Source of the DNA: Pasteurella multocida | Lineage (GTDB): Bacteria; Pseudomonadota; Gammaproteobacteria; Enterobacterales; Pasteurellaceae | Assembly: GCF_900187275.1 (NCBI RefSeq) | Contig: NZ_LT906458.1 | Span: 1,380,001-1,412,000 of the forward strand | Reading direction: 5' to 3' | Length of the DNA: 32,000 bases | In this document: positions 8,610 to 19,670 of the stretch, one piece after another | How positions within the stretch are numbered: the first letter of the stretch is position 1 | How the letters are laid out: each line of letters begins with the position of its first letter | Translations under genes and position numbers: made by a program | The notes under the pieces: generated by a model | What the model saw: the letters and a program-made list of their open reading frames with translations, nothing else | Database searches by the model: none | Told to the model about the DNA's origin: nothing

Positions 8610-10580
8610 ATGGATAGAAGACGTTTTCTACAATTAGGCGCATGCAGTATTTTAACGTTTACTGCATCGAAATATGTTTTTGCTACCCCACAAAATTCAG
8701 CTTCATTGCGCATTATTGCCACCACGGACTTACATAGTTTCTTAACTGACTTTGATTACTATAAAGACGCACCAACAGAGAAATTTGGTTTTACACGCGC
8801 CGCCTCTTTAATTCGCCAAGCACGCAAAGAAGTCAAAAACTCGGTATTAGTAGATAATGGTGATTTAATTCAAGGTAACCCAATTGCTGACTATCAAGCG
8901 GCAAAAGGGTATAAAGAAGGTAAAATGAACCCTGCTATTGAAGTGCTTAATGCCATGAAATATGACGTAGGCACCCTAGGTAACCATGAATTCAATTATG
9001 GCTTAAAATATTTAGATGATGCTATTGCCGAAGCCAACTTCCCGATCATCAATGCCAACGTAGTCAAAGCCGATTCTGGTGAACCACGCTATCAACCTTA
9101 TGTGATTCAAGAGAAAGGGGTTAGAGATGCTAATGGTCACTTACAAATGATCAAAATTGGCTATATCGGTTTCGTCCCACCACAAGTGATGGTATGGGAT
9201 AAAGCCCATTTAGAGGGACATGTTTTAGCCCATGATATTAAAAAAACGGCTGAAAAATATGTGCCAGAATTAAAGGCAAAAGGCGCGGATATCATCATCG
9301 CTCTTGCGCACACTGGACCATCCGATGAGCCATATAAAGAAGGGGCAGAAAACTCGGCGTTCTATCTTGCCGATGTCAAAGGCATTGATGCCGTTATTTT
9401 TGGTCACTCACACCGCTTATTCCCAAATAAAGAATTTGCCAAATCCCCAAATGTGGACATTGAGAAAGGGACAGTCAAAGGCGTCCCAGAAAGTATGGCG
9501 GGCTATTGGGGGAACAATATCAGCGTAGTCGATTTAGAATTAGCACAACATGGTGATAAATGGGTTGTTGTGAATGGAAAAGCCGAACTGCGTCCAATTT
9601 ATGACAACGAGAAAAAAATGGCGATTGCACAACCTGACGATGAGATGAACGCCTTACTTGCGCCTGTTCATGATGCAACGCGTCAATTTGTTTCACAACC
9701 GATTGGTCGAGCCGTCGATAATATGTTCAGCTATCTTGCGCTAGTACAAGATGACCCAACAGTACAGATCGTTAACCAAGCGCAACGTGCTTATGCGGAA
9801 AATGTGGTGAAAAATTTACCTGAGTTGGCTGGCTTGCCTGTACTCAGTGCGGGCGCCCCATTTAAAGCGGGTGGACGCAAAAATGATCCAACGGGTTATA
9901 CCGAAGTCGATAAAGGAGAATTAACCTTCCGCAATGCAGCTGACTTATACTTGTATCCAAACACCTTAGTGATTGTCAAAATCAGCGGTGCAGAATTAAA
10001 AGAATGGTTGGAGTGTAGTGCGGGGATGTTCAAACAAATTGACCCAAGCAATGAACAACCACAAAGCTTATTAGACTGGACAGGCTTCCGTACTTACAAC
10101 TTCGATGTGATTGATGGCGTACAATATCAATTCGACATCACGAAGCCAGCGCGTTATGATGGCGATTGTAAATTAATCAATGCGCAATCTGAACGTGTGA
10201 TTAATTTGACCTACCAAGGTAAACCAGTGGATCCAAAAGCAGAGTTCTTAATTGCAACCAATAACTACCGTGCTTATAGTGCGAAATTCCCAGGCACTGG
10301 CGATAGCCATATTGTATTTGCTGCCCCTGATGAAAACCGTCAAATTTTAGCAAATTATATTTCATCTGAAAGCAAAACCCATGGTCAGGTCAATCCAAGT
10401 GCAGATAAAAATTGGCGTATTGCCCCGATCACAAGCAAAGTGAAATTGGATATCCGTTTTGAAACCTCACCAAGTGAAAAAGCAAAACAATTTATCCAAG
10501 AGAGAGCGCAATATCCAATGGTTCAAGTCGGAACTGACGAAGTGGGATTCGCGATATATCAAGTGGATTTAAGTCAATAA
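8610..10580 (+). CDS. cpdB: Bifunctional 2',3'-cyclic-nucleotide 2'-phosphodiesterase / 3'-nucleotidase, periplasmic
   Basis: 656 aa with a calcineurin-like metallophosphoesterase N-domain (DLHS...GDLIQG...GNHEFN...HTG...GHSH) and a 5'-nucleotidase C-domain. It has an N-terminal signal peptide. An AAAGGAG RBS lies upstream. Confidence 0.9.
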   Translation: MDRRRFLQLGACSILTFTASKYVFATPQNSASLRIIATTDLHSFLTDFDYYKDAPTEKFGFTRAASLIRQARKEVKNSVLVDNGDLIQGNPIADYQAAKGYKEGKMNPAIEVLNAMKYDVGTLGNHEFNYGLKYLDDAIAEANFPIINANVVKADSGEPRYQPYVIQEKGVRDANGHLQMIKIGYIGFVPPQVMVWDKAHLEGHVLAHDIKKTAEKYVPELKAKGADIIIALAHTGPSDEPYKEGAENSAFYLADVKGIDAVIFGHSHRLFPNKEFAKSPNVDIEKGTVKGVPESMAGYWGNNISVVDLELAQHGDKWVVVNGKAELRPIYDNEKKMAIAQPDDEMNALLAPVHDATRQFVSQPIGRAVDNMFSYLALVQDDPTVQIVNQAQRAYAENVVKNLPELAGLPVLSAGAPFKAGGRKNDPTGYTEVDKGELTFRNAADLYLYPNTLVIVKISGAELKEWLECSAGMFKQIDPSNEQPQSLLDWTGFRTYNFDVIDGVQYQFDITKPARYDGDCKLINAQSERVINLTYQGKPVDPKAEFLIATNNYRAYSAKFPGTGDSHIVFAAPDENRQILANYISSESKTHGQVNPSADKNWRIAPITSKVKLDIRFETSPSEKAKQFIQERAQYPMVQVGTDEVGFAIYQVDLSQ

Positions 10581-10598
10581 TCACGCCTTATCCGATAA

Positions 10599-10637
10599 TA
10601 AAAAAGCAAAGTGCAGTGAAGTACTTTGCTTTTTTTG
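10599..10637. terminator. Bidirectional rho-independent terminator between the convergent cpdB and methyltransferase genes
   Basis: AGCAAAGT (10605-10612) pairs with ACTTTGCT (10623-10630). An A-run on the left and a T-run on the right extend the stem and provide a U-tract in both orientations. Confidence 0.8.
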
Positions 10638-10666
10638 TCTAGTCTCAGGTTTATCTCCATCCGTAA

Positions 10667-10675
10667 AAGTGCGGT
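10667..10675 (+). repeat. Uptake signal sequence core AAGTGCGGT, intergenic
   Basis: Exact 9-mer read in the sequence. Confidence 0.9.
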
Positions 10676-10691
10676 CAGTTTTCCCTAAAAG

Positions 10692-11132
10692 TTATAACCA
10701 CCGTCGCACTTTCTGTTTATAGTCTAAATAGGCATCGCCAAACAATTTTTCTAACTGCCGCTCTTCTGGCTTGATCTGAAATTGTGTGATACAAAACACA
10801 AAAACTACTAAAAAAAGCACCGCACTTAAACTCGCAAGCCATAATCCCCAAGCTAGCAATAGTAACGCCAAACTTAAGTACATCGGATTGCGGCTAAATT
10901 GATAAATACCACTCACGACTAAAGCACTGCTTTTCTCTAGCCGAATGGGATCCACAGTGGTTTTAGCTTGCCAAAATTGCCATAAACTGCCCGAACCGAT
11001 AATCCCACTAATCAAAATAAACAGCCCAACTAGCCACGTATGACGAGCAAATTGATAAATCGGGGGAAGGCACCACATCACAGCCGCACAAGCAAGAAAA
11101 ATCACGGGAGGTGGAAGGCGGATTGTCATCAT
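10692..11132 (-). CDS. Isoprenylcysteine carboxyl methyltransferase / phospholipid methyltransferase-family membrane protein, 146 aa
   Basis: Four predicted TM segments and a family-typical C-terminal region (YQFSRNPMYLS...FGDAYLDYKQKVRRWL). An AGGAG RBS precedes ATG 11132. Confidence 0.75.
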   Translation of the reverse strand: MMTIRLPPPVIFLACAAVMWCLPPIYQFARHTWLVGLFILISGIIGSGSLWQFWQAKTTVDPIRLEKSSALVVSGIYQFSRNPMYLSLALLLLAWGLWLASLSAVLFLVVFVFCITQFQIKPEERQLEKLFGDAYLDYKQKVRRWL

Positions 11133-11292
11133 AAACTCCTAATTTATCGTGGTTTGTTTCAGCCAATATCGTACTACTTGTTTTATCAAAAAAGGGCGGA
11201 TTGGGCAATGCCACCCGACACGAACATAATCAGCATTTTCATCAACACAAACAGCTTATTTACCCTAAATATGCCTTGAGTTAACAAAAAAG

Positions 11293-11330
11293 AGAAAGAA
11301 AAAAGGCTTGGAAAATACCTTCCAAGCCTT
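11293..11330 (-). terminator. Rho-independent terminator after yfgM
   Basis: Perfect 11-bp stem: AAGGCTTGGAA (11303-11313) pairs with TTCCAAGCCTT (11320-11330). On the minus strand it is followed by TTTTTCTTTCT. Confidence 0.85.
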
Positions 11331-11340
11331 TCAAGTAAAT

Positions 11341-11952
11341 TTATAAATTATTCAACCGCACTTGTAACCACTGTGCTTCTAATGGTGAGGCATTATTTAA
11401 CGCTTGTTGATAACTGGCTTTTGCCGCCACCTTATCCCCTTTGGCTAATAAAATATCACCAATCAGTAAGTTTTTACGACTATCCCAACTGCTTTCTTTC
11501 ACCTGTTTCAAGCTGTCTAATGCCATGTCAAAGGCTTGTTGTTGGTATTGTACTGATGCTAAACGTAATGCTGTAATCGAGGATAAGTTTTCATCTGTTG
11601 ACTGCGCTAGGGCTTGTTTTAAGGATTGCTCTGCTTGAGCAAACTCCTTTTTTTCCACTTCAACTTTTGCCTTTTCTAACAAGGCTAAAACCGCATAACT
11701 GGTTTTGCTGTTCGCTTGTACAAACTGCTCAATTTGCGCACTCTTGCTAGCAAAATCTGCTGTACTATACAGTGCCTGTTCATACTGAGCTGAAGTTTGT
11801 TGAATTTTATTTAACTGATGACTTTGCCAGTAATTCCAACCGAACACACCACCAAATGCAATAATGACCGAGGCGATTAAAGTTTTATAATTTTCCTTCC
11901 ACCATGTTTTAATCTCATTTAGCTCTTGTTCTTCTTCCGCAGTATAAGCCAT
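11341..11952 (-). CDS. yfgM: YfgM-family ancillary SecYEG translocon subunit (TPR-like, single N-terminal TM)
   Basis: 203 aa. It aligns by eye with E. coli YfgM as recalled (WNYWQSHQ..., LRLASVQ..., GD.LLAKGDK). It is immediately downstream of hisS, the conserved arrangement. Confidence 0.85.
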   Translation of the reverse strand: MAYTAEEEQELNEIKTWWKENYKTLIASVIIAFGGVFGWNYWQSHQLNKIQQTSAQYEQALYSTADFASKSAQIEQFVQANSKTSYAVLALLEKAKVEVEKKEFAQAEQSLKQALAQSTDENLSSITALRLASVQYQQQAFDMALDSLKQVKESSWDSRKNLLIGDILLAKGDKVAAKASYQQALNNASPLEAQWLQVRLNNL

Positions 11953-11970
11953 TTTCCTCTTCCTTCTCGA

Positions 11971-13242
11971 TTAAAAATTGTTCTTAATGTAATCAACAAT
12001 ATCATCTAATGCAAGTGTTTGTTGCTCGGCTCCACCAAGTAAGTGTTTAACCACAACTTGTTGATTTTGCACTTCACTTTCACCAATCACTAACGCCAAT
12101 GTCGCACCACTTTTATCTGCGCGTTTAAATTGTTTTTTAAAGTTACCACCACTGCAGTGGGTCATCACACGTAATTGTGGCAATTCAGTACGGAGAGTTT
12201 CAGCTAACTGAAATGCTGCTAATGTTGTCCCTTCGCCTTGGTAAACTACGTAAATATCAACCGCACTTGGCAAGCTGATACTTTGATTCACTTCTTGCAC
12301 CAATAACACTAAGCGTTCTAGCCCCATCGCAAAGCCCACACCTGTCGTCGCATGACCACCTAATTGCTCAACAAGACCGTCGTAGCGACCACCACCACAA
12401 ACAGTGCCCTGTGCTCCTAACGCAGAAGTCATCCACTCAAAAACAGTTTTGTTGTAATAATCTAAACCGCGCACCAGTTTTGGATTCACTTCATATTGAA
12501 TCCCTACCGCATCCAGTAAAGCACAAAGTTGGGCAAAGTGTTCACGGCTATCCTCATCTAAATACGCTAACAGTTTTGGCGCATCATTTAGCACCTCTTG
12601 TAACGCTTGATTTTTTGTATCCAAAATACGCAGTGGATTTTTCTCTAAACGTTCTTTTTCTTCTTCACTTAATAAATCAACATGTTGCTGTAAAAAAGCG
12701 ACTAAAGCAGAACGATAGTTCTTACGCGCCTCTAATGAACCAATTGAATTCAGTTGCAAGGTGACATGCTCAGCAATGCCCAATTCTTTCCATAAACGTG
12801 CCGTAAGCATAATTAACTCAGCATCAATTTCCGGATTAGGAATACCGAACACTTCAACACCTGCTTGGTGGAACTGGCGATAGCGTCCTTTTTGTGGACG
12901 TTCGTGACGGAACATCGGTCCCATATACCATAAACGTTGTTCTTGGTTATAAATCCAACCATGTTCAATCGCTGCACGTACACAACCTGCTGTCCCTTCT
13001 GGACGCAAAGTTAATTGCTCATCGTTATCCCAAAAAGTGTACATTTCTTTGGATACTACATCGGTTACTTCACCGATCGCACGAGCAAATAATGGCGTAC
13101 TTTCGACAATTGGCATACGCACTTCAGAATAACCATAATTTTGTAAAACTGACCGCACTTTTCCTTCGACCCATTGCCATAATGGGCTTTCCGTTGGGGA
13201 ACAATCATTCATACCACGAATTGCTTGAATTGTTTTTGCCAC
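11971..13242 (-). CDS. hisS: Histidine--tRNA ligase
   Basis: 423 aa with class II aaRS motifs (GMNDCSP..., [24 protein letters not shown]). Confidence 0.96.
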   Translation of the reverse strand: MAKTIQAIRGMNDCSPTESPLWQWVEGKVRSVLQNYGYSEVRMPIVESTPLFARAIGEVTDVVSKEMYTFWDNDEQLTLRPEGTAGCVRAAIEHGWIYNQEQRLWYMGPMFRHERPQKGRYRQFHQAGVEVFGIPNPEIDAELIMLTARLWKELGIAEHVTLQLNSIGSLEARKNYRSALVAFLQQHVDLLSEEEKERLEKNPLRILDTKNQALQEVLNDAPKLLAYLDEDSREHFAQLCALLDAVGIQYEVNPKLVRGLDYYNKTVFEWMTSALGAQGTVCGGGRYDGLVEQLGGHATTGVGFAMGLERLVLLVQEVNQSISLPSAVDIYVVYQGEGTTLAAFQLAETLRTELPQLRVMTHCSGGNFKKQFKRADKSGATLALVIGESEVQNQQVVVKHLLGGAEQQTLALDDIVDYIKNNF

Positions 13243-13271
13243 AATACTATCCTATTTTTTCTTTTGTTATT

Positions 13272-14375
13272 TTAAATAATTCGATTTTTGGGATCTTGCG
13301 CCGCCACTTTGGCACGAATTTTGGCTTCTAATTGATTGATTAGATCATCATTATCAAAGCGCTCTTTTTGGCGTTCCCCATCTAAATAATAACCGCTTTT
13401 CTTATTACCACCCGTGACACCTAAATCAGAGACGAGTGCTTCACCCGGTCCGTTAACGACACAGCCGATAATCGACACATCCATTGGTGTAATAATATCT
13501 TCTAAGCGTTGCTCAAGGGCGTTAACCGTGCCAATCACATCAAACTCTTGACGTGAACAAGTTGGGCAAGCAATAAAGTTAATACCACGAGAGCGGATCC
13601 GTAATGATTTGAGAATATCAAAGCCCACTTTGATTTCTTCAACAGGATCGGCCGCAAGCGAAATGCGTAATGTATCGCCAATGCCTTCCGCTAAAAGCAT
13701 GCCCAACCCCACCGCACTTTTTACTGCCCCAGCACGAAAGCCGCCGGCTTCGGTGATGCCTAAATGCAAGGGTTGTTTGATGGCTTTTGCCAATAAACGA
13801 TAGGATTCGACCGCTAAAAACACATCAGATGCCTTCACACTGACCTTAAACTGGTCGAAATTAAGGCGTTCTAGAATTTCTACATGACGTAACGCTGATT
13901 CCAATAACGCTTCGGGCGTCGGTTCACCGTATTTTTCTTGCAGATCTTTTTCCAAAGATCCGGCATTCACCCCAATACGGATCGGAATATTGTTATCTCT
14001 GGCGCAATCGACAACTGCACGGATACGATCTTCACGACCAATATTACCCGGGTTGATTCGCAAGCAGTCCACTCCGTACTCCGCCACTTTTAACGCAATA
14101 CGATAATCAAAATGAATATCCGCCACTAAAGGCACATTCACTTGCTGCTTGATGAGCTTAAATGCCTCAGCTGCATCCATTGTCGGGACTGAAACACGAA
14201 CAATATCCGCACCAACACGTTCCAGCGCTTTAATTTGCGCCACAGTGGCTTCTACATCAGTTGTTCTAGTATTGGTCATGGATTGCACTGCAATAGGCGC
14301 ATCCCCACCAATCGGCACGTTCCCCACATAGATTTTGGTTGATTCTCTACGCTTAATCGTTGGTTTGGCTAACAT
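13272..14375 (-). CDS. ispG: 4-hydroxy-3-methylbut-2-en-1-yl diphosphate synthase (flavodoxin)
   Basis: 367 aa with a TIM-barrel N-domain and the C-terminal 4Fe-4S cysteines (FIACPTCSR...[10 protein letters not shown]). Confidence 0.96.
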   Translation of the reverse strand: MLAKPTIKRRESTKIYVGNVPIGGDAPIAVQSMTNTRTTDVEATVAQIKALERVGADIVRVSVPTMDAAEAFKLIKQQVNVPLVADIHFDYRIALKVAEYGVDCLRINPGNIGREDRIRAVVDCARDNNIPIRIGVNAGSLEKDLQEKYGEPTPEALLESALRHVEILERLNFDQFKVSVKASDVFLAVESYRLLAKAIKQPLHLGITEAGGFRAGAVKSAVGLGMLLAEGIGDTLRISLAADPVEEIKVGFDILKSLRIRSRGINFIACPTCSRQEFDVIGTVNALEQRLEDIITPMDVSIIGCVVNGPGEALVSDLGVTGGNKKSGYYLDGERQKERFDNDDLINQLEAKIRAKVAAQDPKNRII

Positions 14376-14401
14376 AATTGTTTGCTACCTTATCAGCCAC
14401 A

Positions 14402-15358
14402 TTACTGTGGTAATTTAAATCGAGCGACACGACCATCTACTTTTAGCGGATAGTCCTCGCCTTTATATGTGATCTTAACATTTGCTGGCGCACCTATAAT
14501 CAGTGAATAAGTCACACCTTCATTAAACGTCAACACATCACCTTGTTTGTATTCTTTTTGTGCAAGAATCTTTCCACTCTCATTTTGCACACTAATCCAA
14601 CAACCACCGGTGACTTCAATGTGTAATTCATGAGAAGGGGTCGCCACCGTCTCATGTGAAAGAAGATTTTTCTCGCTTTTTTCATCTAATTTTTCCATTT
14701 CCGCTTTTAACACATCCGCAGACGTGATCGGCTGGTCACTTACTGGGCTGATCGTCACAGGAAGATCAGTAGAAGAGGTAGTTTGTGTCGTCGGTATCAC
14801 TACACTTGAGGCACTGAGCACTGTTGCATTTTGTGTAGTATCCGCCAATGCAGTAGAACTCGCTATTGGTGTGCTTTGTACGACGCTACTTTGCGGTGTT
14901 GTGTCAACGTAATGTTGCACTAAACTCTCGCGCTCGGCATTAGACTGAGTATAGTTTTCCCACCACCACAGACCCGTCATCCCCGCCACAATGAGAACAA
15001 CAAGTAAACTTAACCAACCAATCCAGTGGTTATGCGAGGAATAATGGTTAACCGCTCTGGTTGCACGTGCATTTTTACCTAGATCATTCTTATGATCTTC
15101 ACCAAAACTTGCATGTACCCATACGGATTCAGGTAATTTGAGAAATTTAGCGTAACTGCGAACATAACCTCTCATAAAAGTGGCTGGAATTGACTTTTGA
15201 GCCAATTGATTCGTTTCAATCAATTGTAAAATAGAGGGTCTAAGAGAGATTTTTTTAGAAACATCTTCAATGGAAAGGTTAAGCGCCTCGCGTGCTTGGC
15301 GGAATTGTTCGCCGAGAGTGAGTACTTTTTCCTCAATATTATTTGTCGCAGTATTCAT
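14402..15358 (-). CDS. rodZ: Cytoskeleton protein RodZ (HTH, single TM, Ser/Thr-rich linker, DUF4115 C-domain)
   Basis: N-terminal XRE-type HTH, a central TM segment (WIGWLSLLVVLIVAGMTGLWWW) and a low-complexity S/T-rich periplasmic linker. It sits in the conserved position between pilW and ispG. Confidence 0.88.
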   Translation of the reverse strand: MNTATNNIEEKVLTLGEQFRQAREALNLSIEDVSKKISLRPSILQLIETNQLAQKSIPATFMRGYVRSYAKFLKLPESVWVHASFGEDHKNDLGKNARATRAVNHYSSHNHWIGWLSLLVVLIVAGMTGLWWWENYTQSNAERESLVQHYVDTTPQSSVVQSTPIASSTALADTTQNATVLSASSVVIPTTQTTSSTDLPVTISPVSDQPITSADVLKAEMEKLDEKSEKNLLSHETVATPSHELHIEVTGGCWISVQNESGKILAQKEYKQGDVLTFNEGVTYSLIIGAPANVKITYKGEDYPLKVDGRVARFKLPQ

Positions 15359-15480
15359 TTCACACCATCTATTTACACAAAATCCAAAGGGTAAAGTTTA
15401 AAGTTGTACAGGGGCTTTTGCAATAGCTATTCGCTAGATAAGCTATGTGAAAAAGTGTTTTTCTGTCTTTTTATCCTGAG

Positions 15481-16026
15481 TTACTCAATATGTGGCGGAA
15501 ATTTTTTTGCTCTATTGGGATCAAACTGCGTTAAATGTTGCAAATTTTGTTGATAACGGACAGCGTCTTTGGCAAAAGACGCACACCAAACCAAATTTTC
15601 ATAAGTATCGGCGTGTTGATAATAATGTGGGGCATTTAATGCTTGAGAAAATTGTTTGTAAGCTTGTTCAAACTCACCTTGTTGGCATAAAAAGGCACCA
15701 TAATTATTTAATACATCGCCTTGATTTTTATCTAATTTTATCGCCTTTTCATAAGCGTGACGGGCTAAATCAAGATGACCTTGTTTTTGGTAGAGATACG
15801 CTAAGACCGCATGAGATAAATAGTAATTTGGGGCATGGGATAAAGCTTTATCAAAATTTTGCTTTGCTCGCGCAAAATCATGCTGAGATAAATAGCCTAA
15901 ACCTAATTCAATTCTGGCTTTTGCCGCCTCATGTGAATCAAACGTATTGTTACCTTCTTGACTCACACAAGCACAAAGCAAAAGAGAAAAAATGCTCGCG
16001 ATCCCAAATCGAAAAGTGCGGTTCAT
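15481..16026 (-). CDS. pilW: Type IV pilus biogenesis/stability TPR lipoprotein PilW (PilF-like)
   Basis: 181 aa with a lipoprotein signal (LLLCAC) and TPR repeats. It lies in the conserved rlmN-pilW-rodZ-ispG-hisS order. Confidence 0.8.
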   Translation of the reverse strand: MNRTFRFGIASIFSLLLCACVSQEGNNTFDSHEAAKARIELGLGYLSQHDFARAKQNFDKALSHAPNYYLSHAVLAYLYQKQGHLDLARHAYEKAIKLDKNQGDVLNNYGAFLCQQGEFEQAYKQFSQALNAPHYYQHADTYENLVWCASFAKDAVRYQQNLQHLTQFDPNRAKKFPPHIE

Positions 16027-16064
16027 TTTTTCTCCTTTTTACGTCCTCAGCCATCATGACTGTC

Positions 16065-17249
16065 TTAATGATTTCTCACTGCAATTTCTTGACCAAATTG
16101 CTTTTTCTGTGCAGTACGTTTTGTTCGGTCAATTACATCACCGGCTAATTGCCCGCAAGCGGCATCAATATCATCGCCACGGGTTTTACGTACAATCACG
16201 GTGAACCCATATTCCATCAAGGTTTTTTGGAAACGATCAATACGCGAGTTTGAGCTTTTCGCATAAGGTGCTTCTGGGAACGGGTTCCAAGGGATCAAAT
16301 TGATCTTACATGGTGTATTTTTTAACACCTGTGCTAACTGATGTGCGTGCTCCACACCATCATTAACATGATCTAACATTACATATTCAATAGTCACTTT
16401 ACCGTGATTCGCATTCGACACGCTTAAATAACGGTTTACCGAATCCATCAACATTTTGATGTTATATTTTTTATTGATTGGCACAATTTCATCACGCAAT
16501 TCATCATTCGGTGCATGTAACGAAATCGCCAACGCCACATCAATCATTTCACTTAATTTATCTAACGCAGGTACAACACCCGAAGTGGATAACGTCACAC
16601 GGCGTTTTGATAAACCATACGCAAAATCATCTAACATGATTTCCATCGCAGGCACAACATTTGCCACGTTTAACAATGGCTCGCCCATCCCCATCATTAC
16701 CACGTTGGTGATCGGACGCACACCAGTTACTCCAAAGTTACCAATAATTTTTGAGGCGCGCCAAACTTGACCAATAATTTCAGACACCGTCAAGTTACGG
16801 TTAAACCCTTGTTGTGCAGTCGAACAGAACGTACAAGCCAACGCACAACCTACTTGTGAAGAGACACATAAGGTGGCACGATCTGCTTCTGGAATATACA
16901 CGGTTTCCACTTGCTGATCGCCCACTTGCATTGCCCATTTAATAGTACCGTCAGCAGAACGTTGCTCCACCGCGACTTCAGGGGCTTTAATTTCAGCTAC
17001 TTGTTTTAATTTATCTCTTAACTTCTTGTTAATATTGGTCATATTGTCGAAGTTATCTTCGCCAAAATGATAAATCCATTTCACTAACTGATCGGCACGA
17101 AACGGCTTTTCGCCCAATTCTTTAAAGAACTCACGCATTTGCTGGCGTGTTAAATTCATTAAGTTAATTTTTTTTGCTTGGTCGGTTGATAATTCAACCG
17201 TGTTGACTGTATTTGCTGCTTTTTCAGCACAGGTTTGTTGTTCTAACAT
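16065..17249 (-). CDS. rlmN: 23S rRNA (adenine2503-C2)/tRNA methyltransferase, radical SAM
   Basis: 394 aa. It has the radical-SAM cluster motif ([10 protein letters not shown]) and an N-terminus ([28 protein letters not shown]) collinear with E. coli RlmN as recalled. Confidence 0.95.
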   Translation of the reverse strand: MLEQQTCAEKAANTVNTVELSTDQAKKINLMNLTRQQMREFFKELGEKPFRADQLVKWIYHFGEDNFDNMTNINKKLRDKLKQVAEIKAPEVAVEQRSADGTIKWAMQVGDQQVETVYIPEADRATLCVSSQVGCALACTFCSTAQQGFNRNLTVSEIIGQVWRASKIIGNFGVTGVRPITNVVMMGMGEPLLNVANVVPAMEIMLDDFAYGLSKRRVTLSTSGVVPALDKLSEMIDVALAISLHAPNDELRDEIVPINKKYNIKMLMDSVNRYLSVSNANHGKVTIEYVMLDHVNDGVEHAHQLAQVLKNTPCKINLIPWNPFPEAPYAKSSNSRIDRFQKTLMEYGFTVIVRKTRGDDIDAACGQLAGDVIDRTKRTAQKKQFGQEIAVRNH

Positions 17250-17361
17250 AACGCCTCGTTGTTACACATTGCGGCCTAGATAATCGCCTATAAAAAATGA
17301 GTTGCGATTGTACAGAGTTAGTGCGCATTAATCTAGCAATTTCGCCAAACTCTGTAAAAAA

Positions 17362-17410
17362 ACACCGCACTTTTTTGCGAACTCGATCGAGAAAGAAAAA
17401 AGTGCGGTGT
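17362..17410. terminator. Inverted pair of uptake signal sequences forming a bidirectional terminator-like hairpin
   Basis: ACACCGCACTTTTTT (17362-17376) is the perfect reverse complement of AAAAAAGTGCGGTGT (17396-17410). An A-run lies upstream and a T-run downstream. It sits directly downstream of the AI-2E permease stop. Confidence 0.85.
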
Positions 17411-17429
17411 GTTTTTTTATAACCTGTTG

Positions 17430-18683
17430 CTATTTTTGATCCGCGGCTTTCGCGATCGCTTGAATTTCAGCTTCAATTTCTGCCTTAGCATCTGCAATGA
17501 CGCCAGCGATGGCTTCATTCTTTGCTTCTTCTTTGGCCGTGGCAATGGCTTCGGCGATTTGCTCCGCGTTTTCTTCCCACTCAGCCTGTTCTTTGATGCG
17601 TTCTGCGGCTTCTTGTTTGGCGTCGATGATTTCACGGTTAATGTCTTTCACATCGCCTAACAAAATCGCATATTTAACCGTTTCTGGACTGGCTTCAAGG
17701 GCAATTTTTAGCACCATTGTCAGTGGCACAGACAGCAACATCCCAACTGTACCCAGTAACCATCCCCAAAATAATAAGGATAAGAAAACGACAAGTGTCG
17801 ATAAGCCTAAGGTGCGCCCCATCATTTTCGGTTCAATGATGTTACCCACAATCATATTCACCGCACCTACACCAATCGCTACCCCAAGACCTGTTGGAAA
17901 ACCATTCAGTAATAAGGCTTGCACTACAATTGGCACGGCGGCAATGATCGAACCAATATTGGGAATATAATTAAGCAGAAAACTCAAAGTTGCCCATAAA
18001 ATAGCATATTGCACATCAGTTAATTCAAGCAGAATATAAACGCAAACACCGGTTAATAAACTGGTCAGCGTTTTCACGCCAAGATAACTAATTACCCCTT
18101 GTAAAATCCGATTGATATAATGTTCTTCACGGTGAACATCACGCACATCTGAACTAAACACCAGCGCCAATTTATGTTTCGCAAACGGCGCTTCACTCAG
18201 CATAAAAATCACCACAAGGAACAGAACAAATACGTTGGTGACGACGCCGGAAAAGCTTAGTAATGTACTACTCACCAAATTCATGATCACACTCGGATCC
18301 ATATATTCCATCGTTCGCTCGGTGGATAAATCCAAGGGAATATTCCACTTCTTCGCCAATAATACTAAAGCATTAATCCGTTCTGATAATAAAAGACGAT
18401 ATTGTGGGATCGATTGGGTAAACTCTCGCGCGGTGCTATTGATCAAACTTAACACCGAGAAAAACACCACTAAAATCATCAACAGTAATAAGGTAATGGC
18501 AAGCCAGTGCGGGACTTTACGGCTAGTCATAAAGCGGATGATCGGCGAGCAAATGATGGCAATAAAAAGCGATAATAAAAACGGTACCGCAATTTCACTT
18601 GCGACTTTGACGCCAGCCAAAATGATCACAATGGCGGCTAAAGCGACCAACACTTTTAAAATAGGCGATTCAACTTTGAGCAT
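17430..18683 (-). CDS. AI-2E (PerM/YhhT, UPF0118) family transporter with an Ala/Glu/Lys-rich C-terminal extension of about 70 aa
   Basis: 417 aa with a polytopic membrane core typical of the AI-2E family. The ATG directly abuts the glnB stop (TAAATG). Confidence 0.85.
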   Translation of the reverse strand: MLKVESPILKVLVALAAIVIILAGVKVASEIAVPFLLSLFIAIICSPIIRFMTSRKVPHWLAITLLLLMILVVFFSVLSLINSTAREFTQSIPQYRLLLSERINALVLLAKKWNIPLDLSTERTMEYMDPSVIMNLVSSTLLSFSGVVTNVFVLFLVVIFMLSEAPFAKHKLALVFSSDVRDVHREEHYINRILQGVISYLGVKTLTSLLTGVCVYILLELTDVQYAILWATLSFLLNYIPNIGSIIAAVPIVVQALLLNGFPTGLGVAIGVGAVNMIVGNIIEPKMMGRTLGLSTLVVFLSLLFWGWLLGTVGMLLSVPLTMVLKIALEASPETVKYAILLGDVKDINREIIDAKQEAAERIKEQAEWEENAEQIAEAIATAKEEAKNEAIAGVIADAKAEIEAEIQAIAKAADQK

Positions 18684-19645
<962 letters not shown>

Positions 19646-19670
19646 TTTTTCCTCTATTTTTTATTGCCAA

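Noticed and set aside
15359-15480. Weak stem (ATAGCT...AGCTAT) in the pilW-rodZ spacer
   Set aside because: The stem is only 6 bp with a 12-nt loop and no U-tract. It does not rise above chance in AT-rich DNA.
17250-17361. Possible small RNA on the + strand, ending at the inverted-USS terminator
   Set aside because: I could not find a -35/-10 pair with acceptable spacing: TTGCGG-14 nt-TATAAA is too short and TTACAC-21 nt-TATAAA is too long. The region is more simply the rlmN promoter/leader plus the permease terminator.
17409-17660. Two mutually overlapping ORFs (83 aa on +, 72 aa on -) over the 3' end of the AI-2E permease gene
   Set aside because: They are by-products of the repetitive GCx/GAA-rich coding sequence of the permease tail. 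One starts inside the terminator hairpin, and neither has an RBS.
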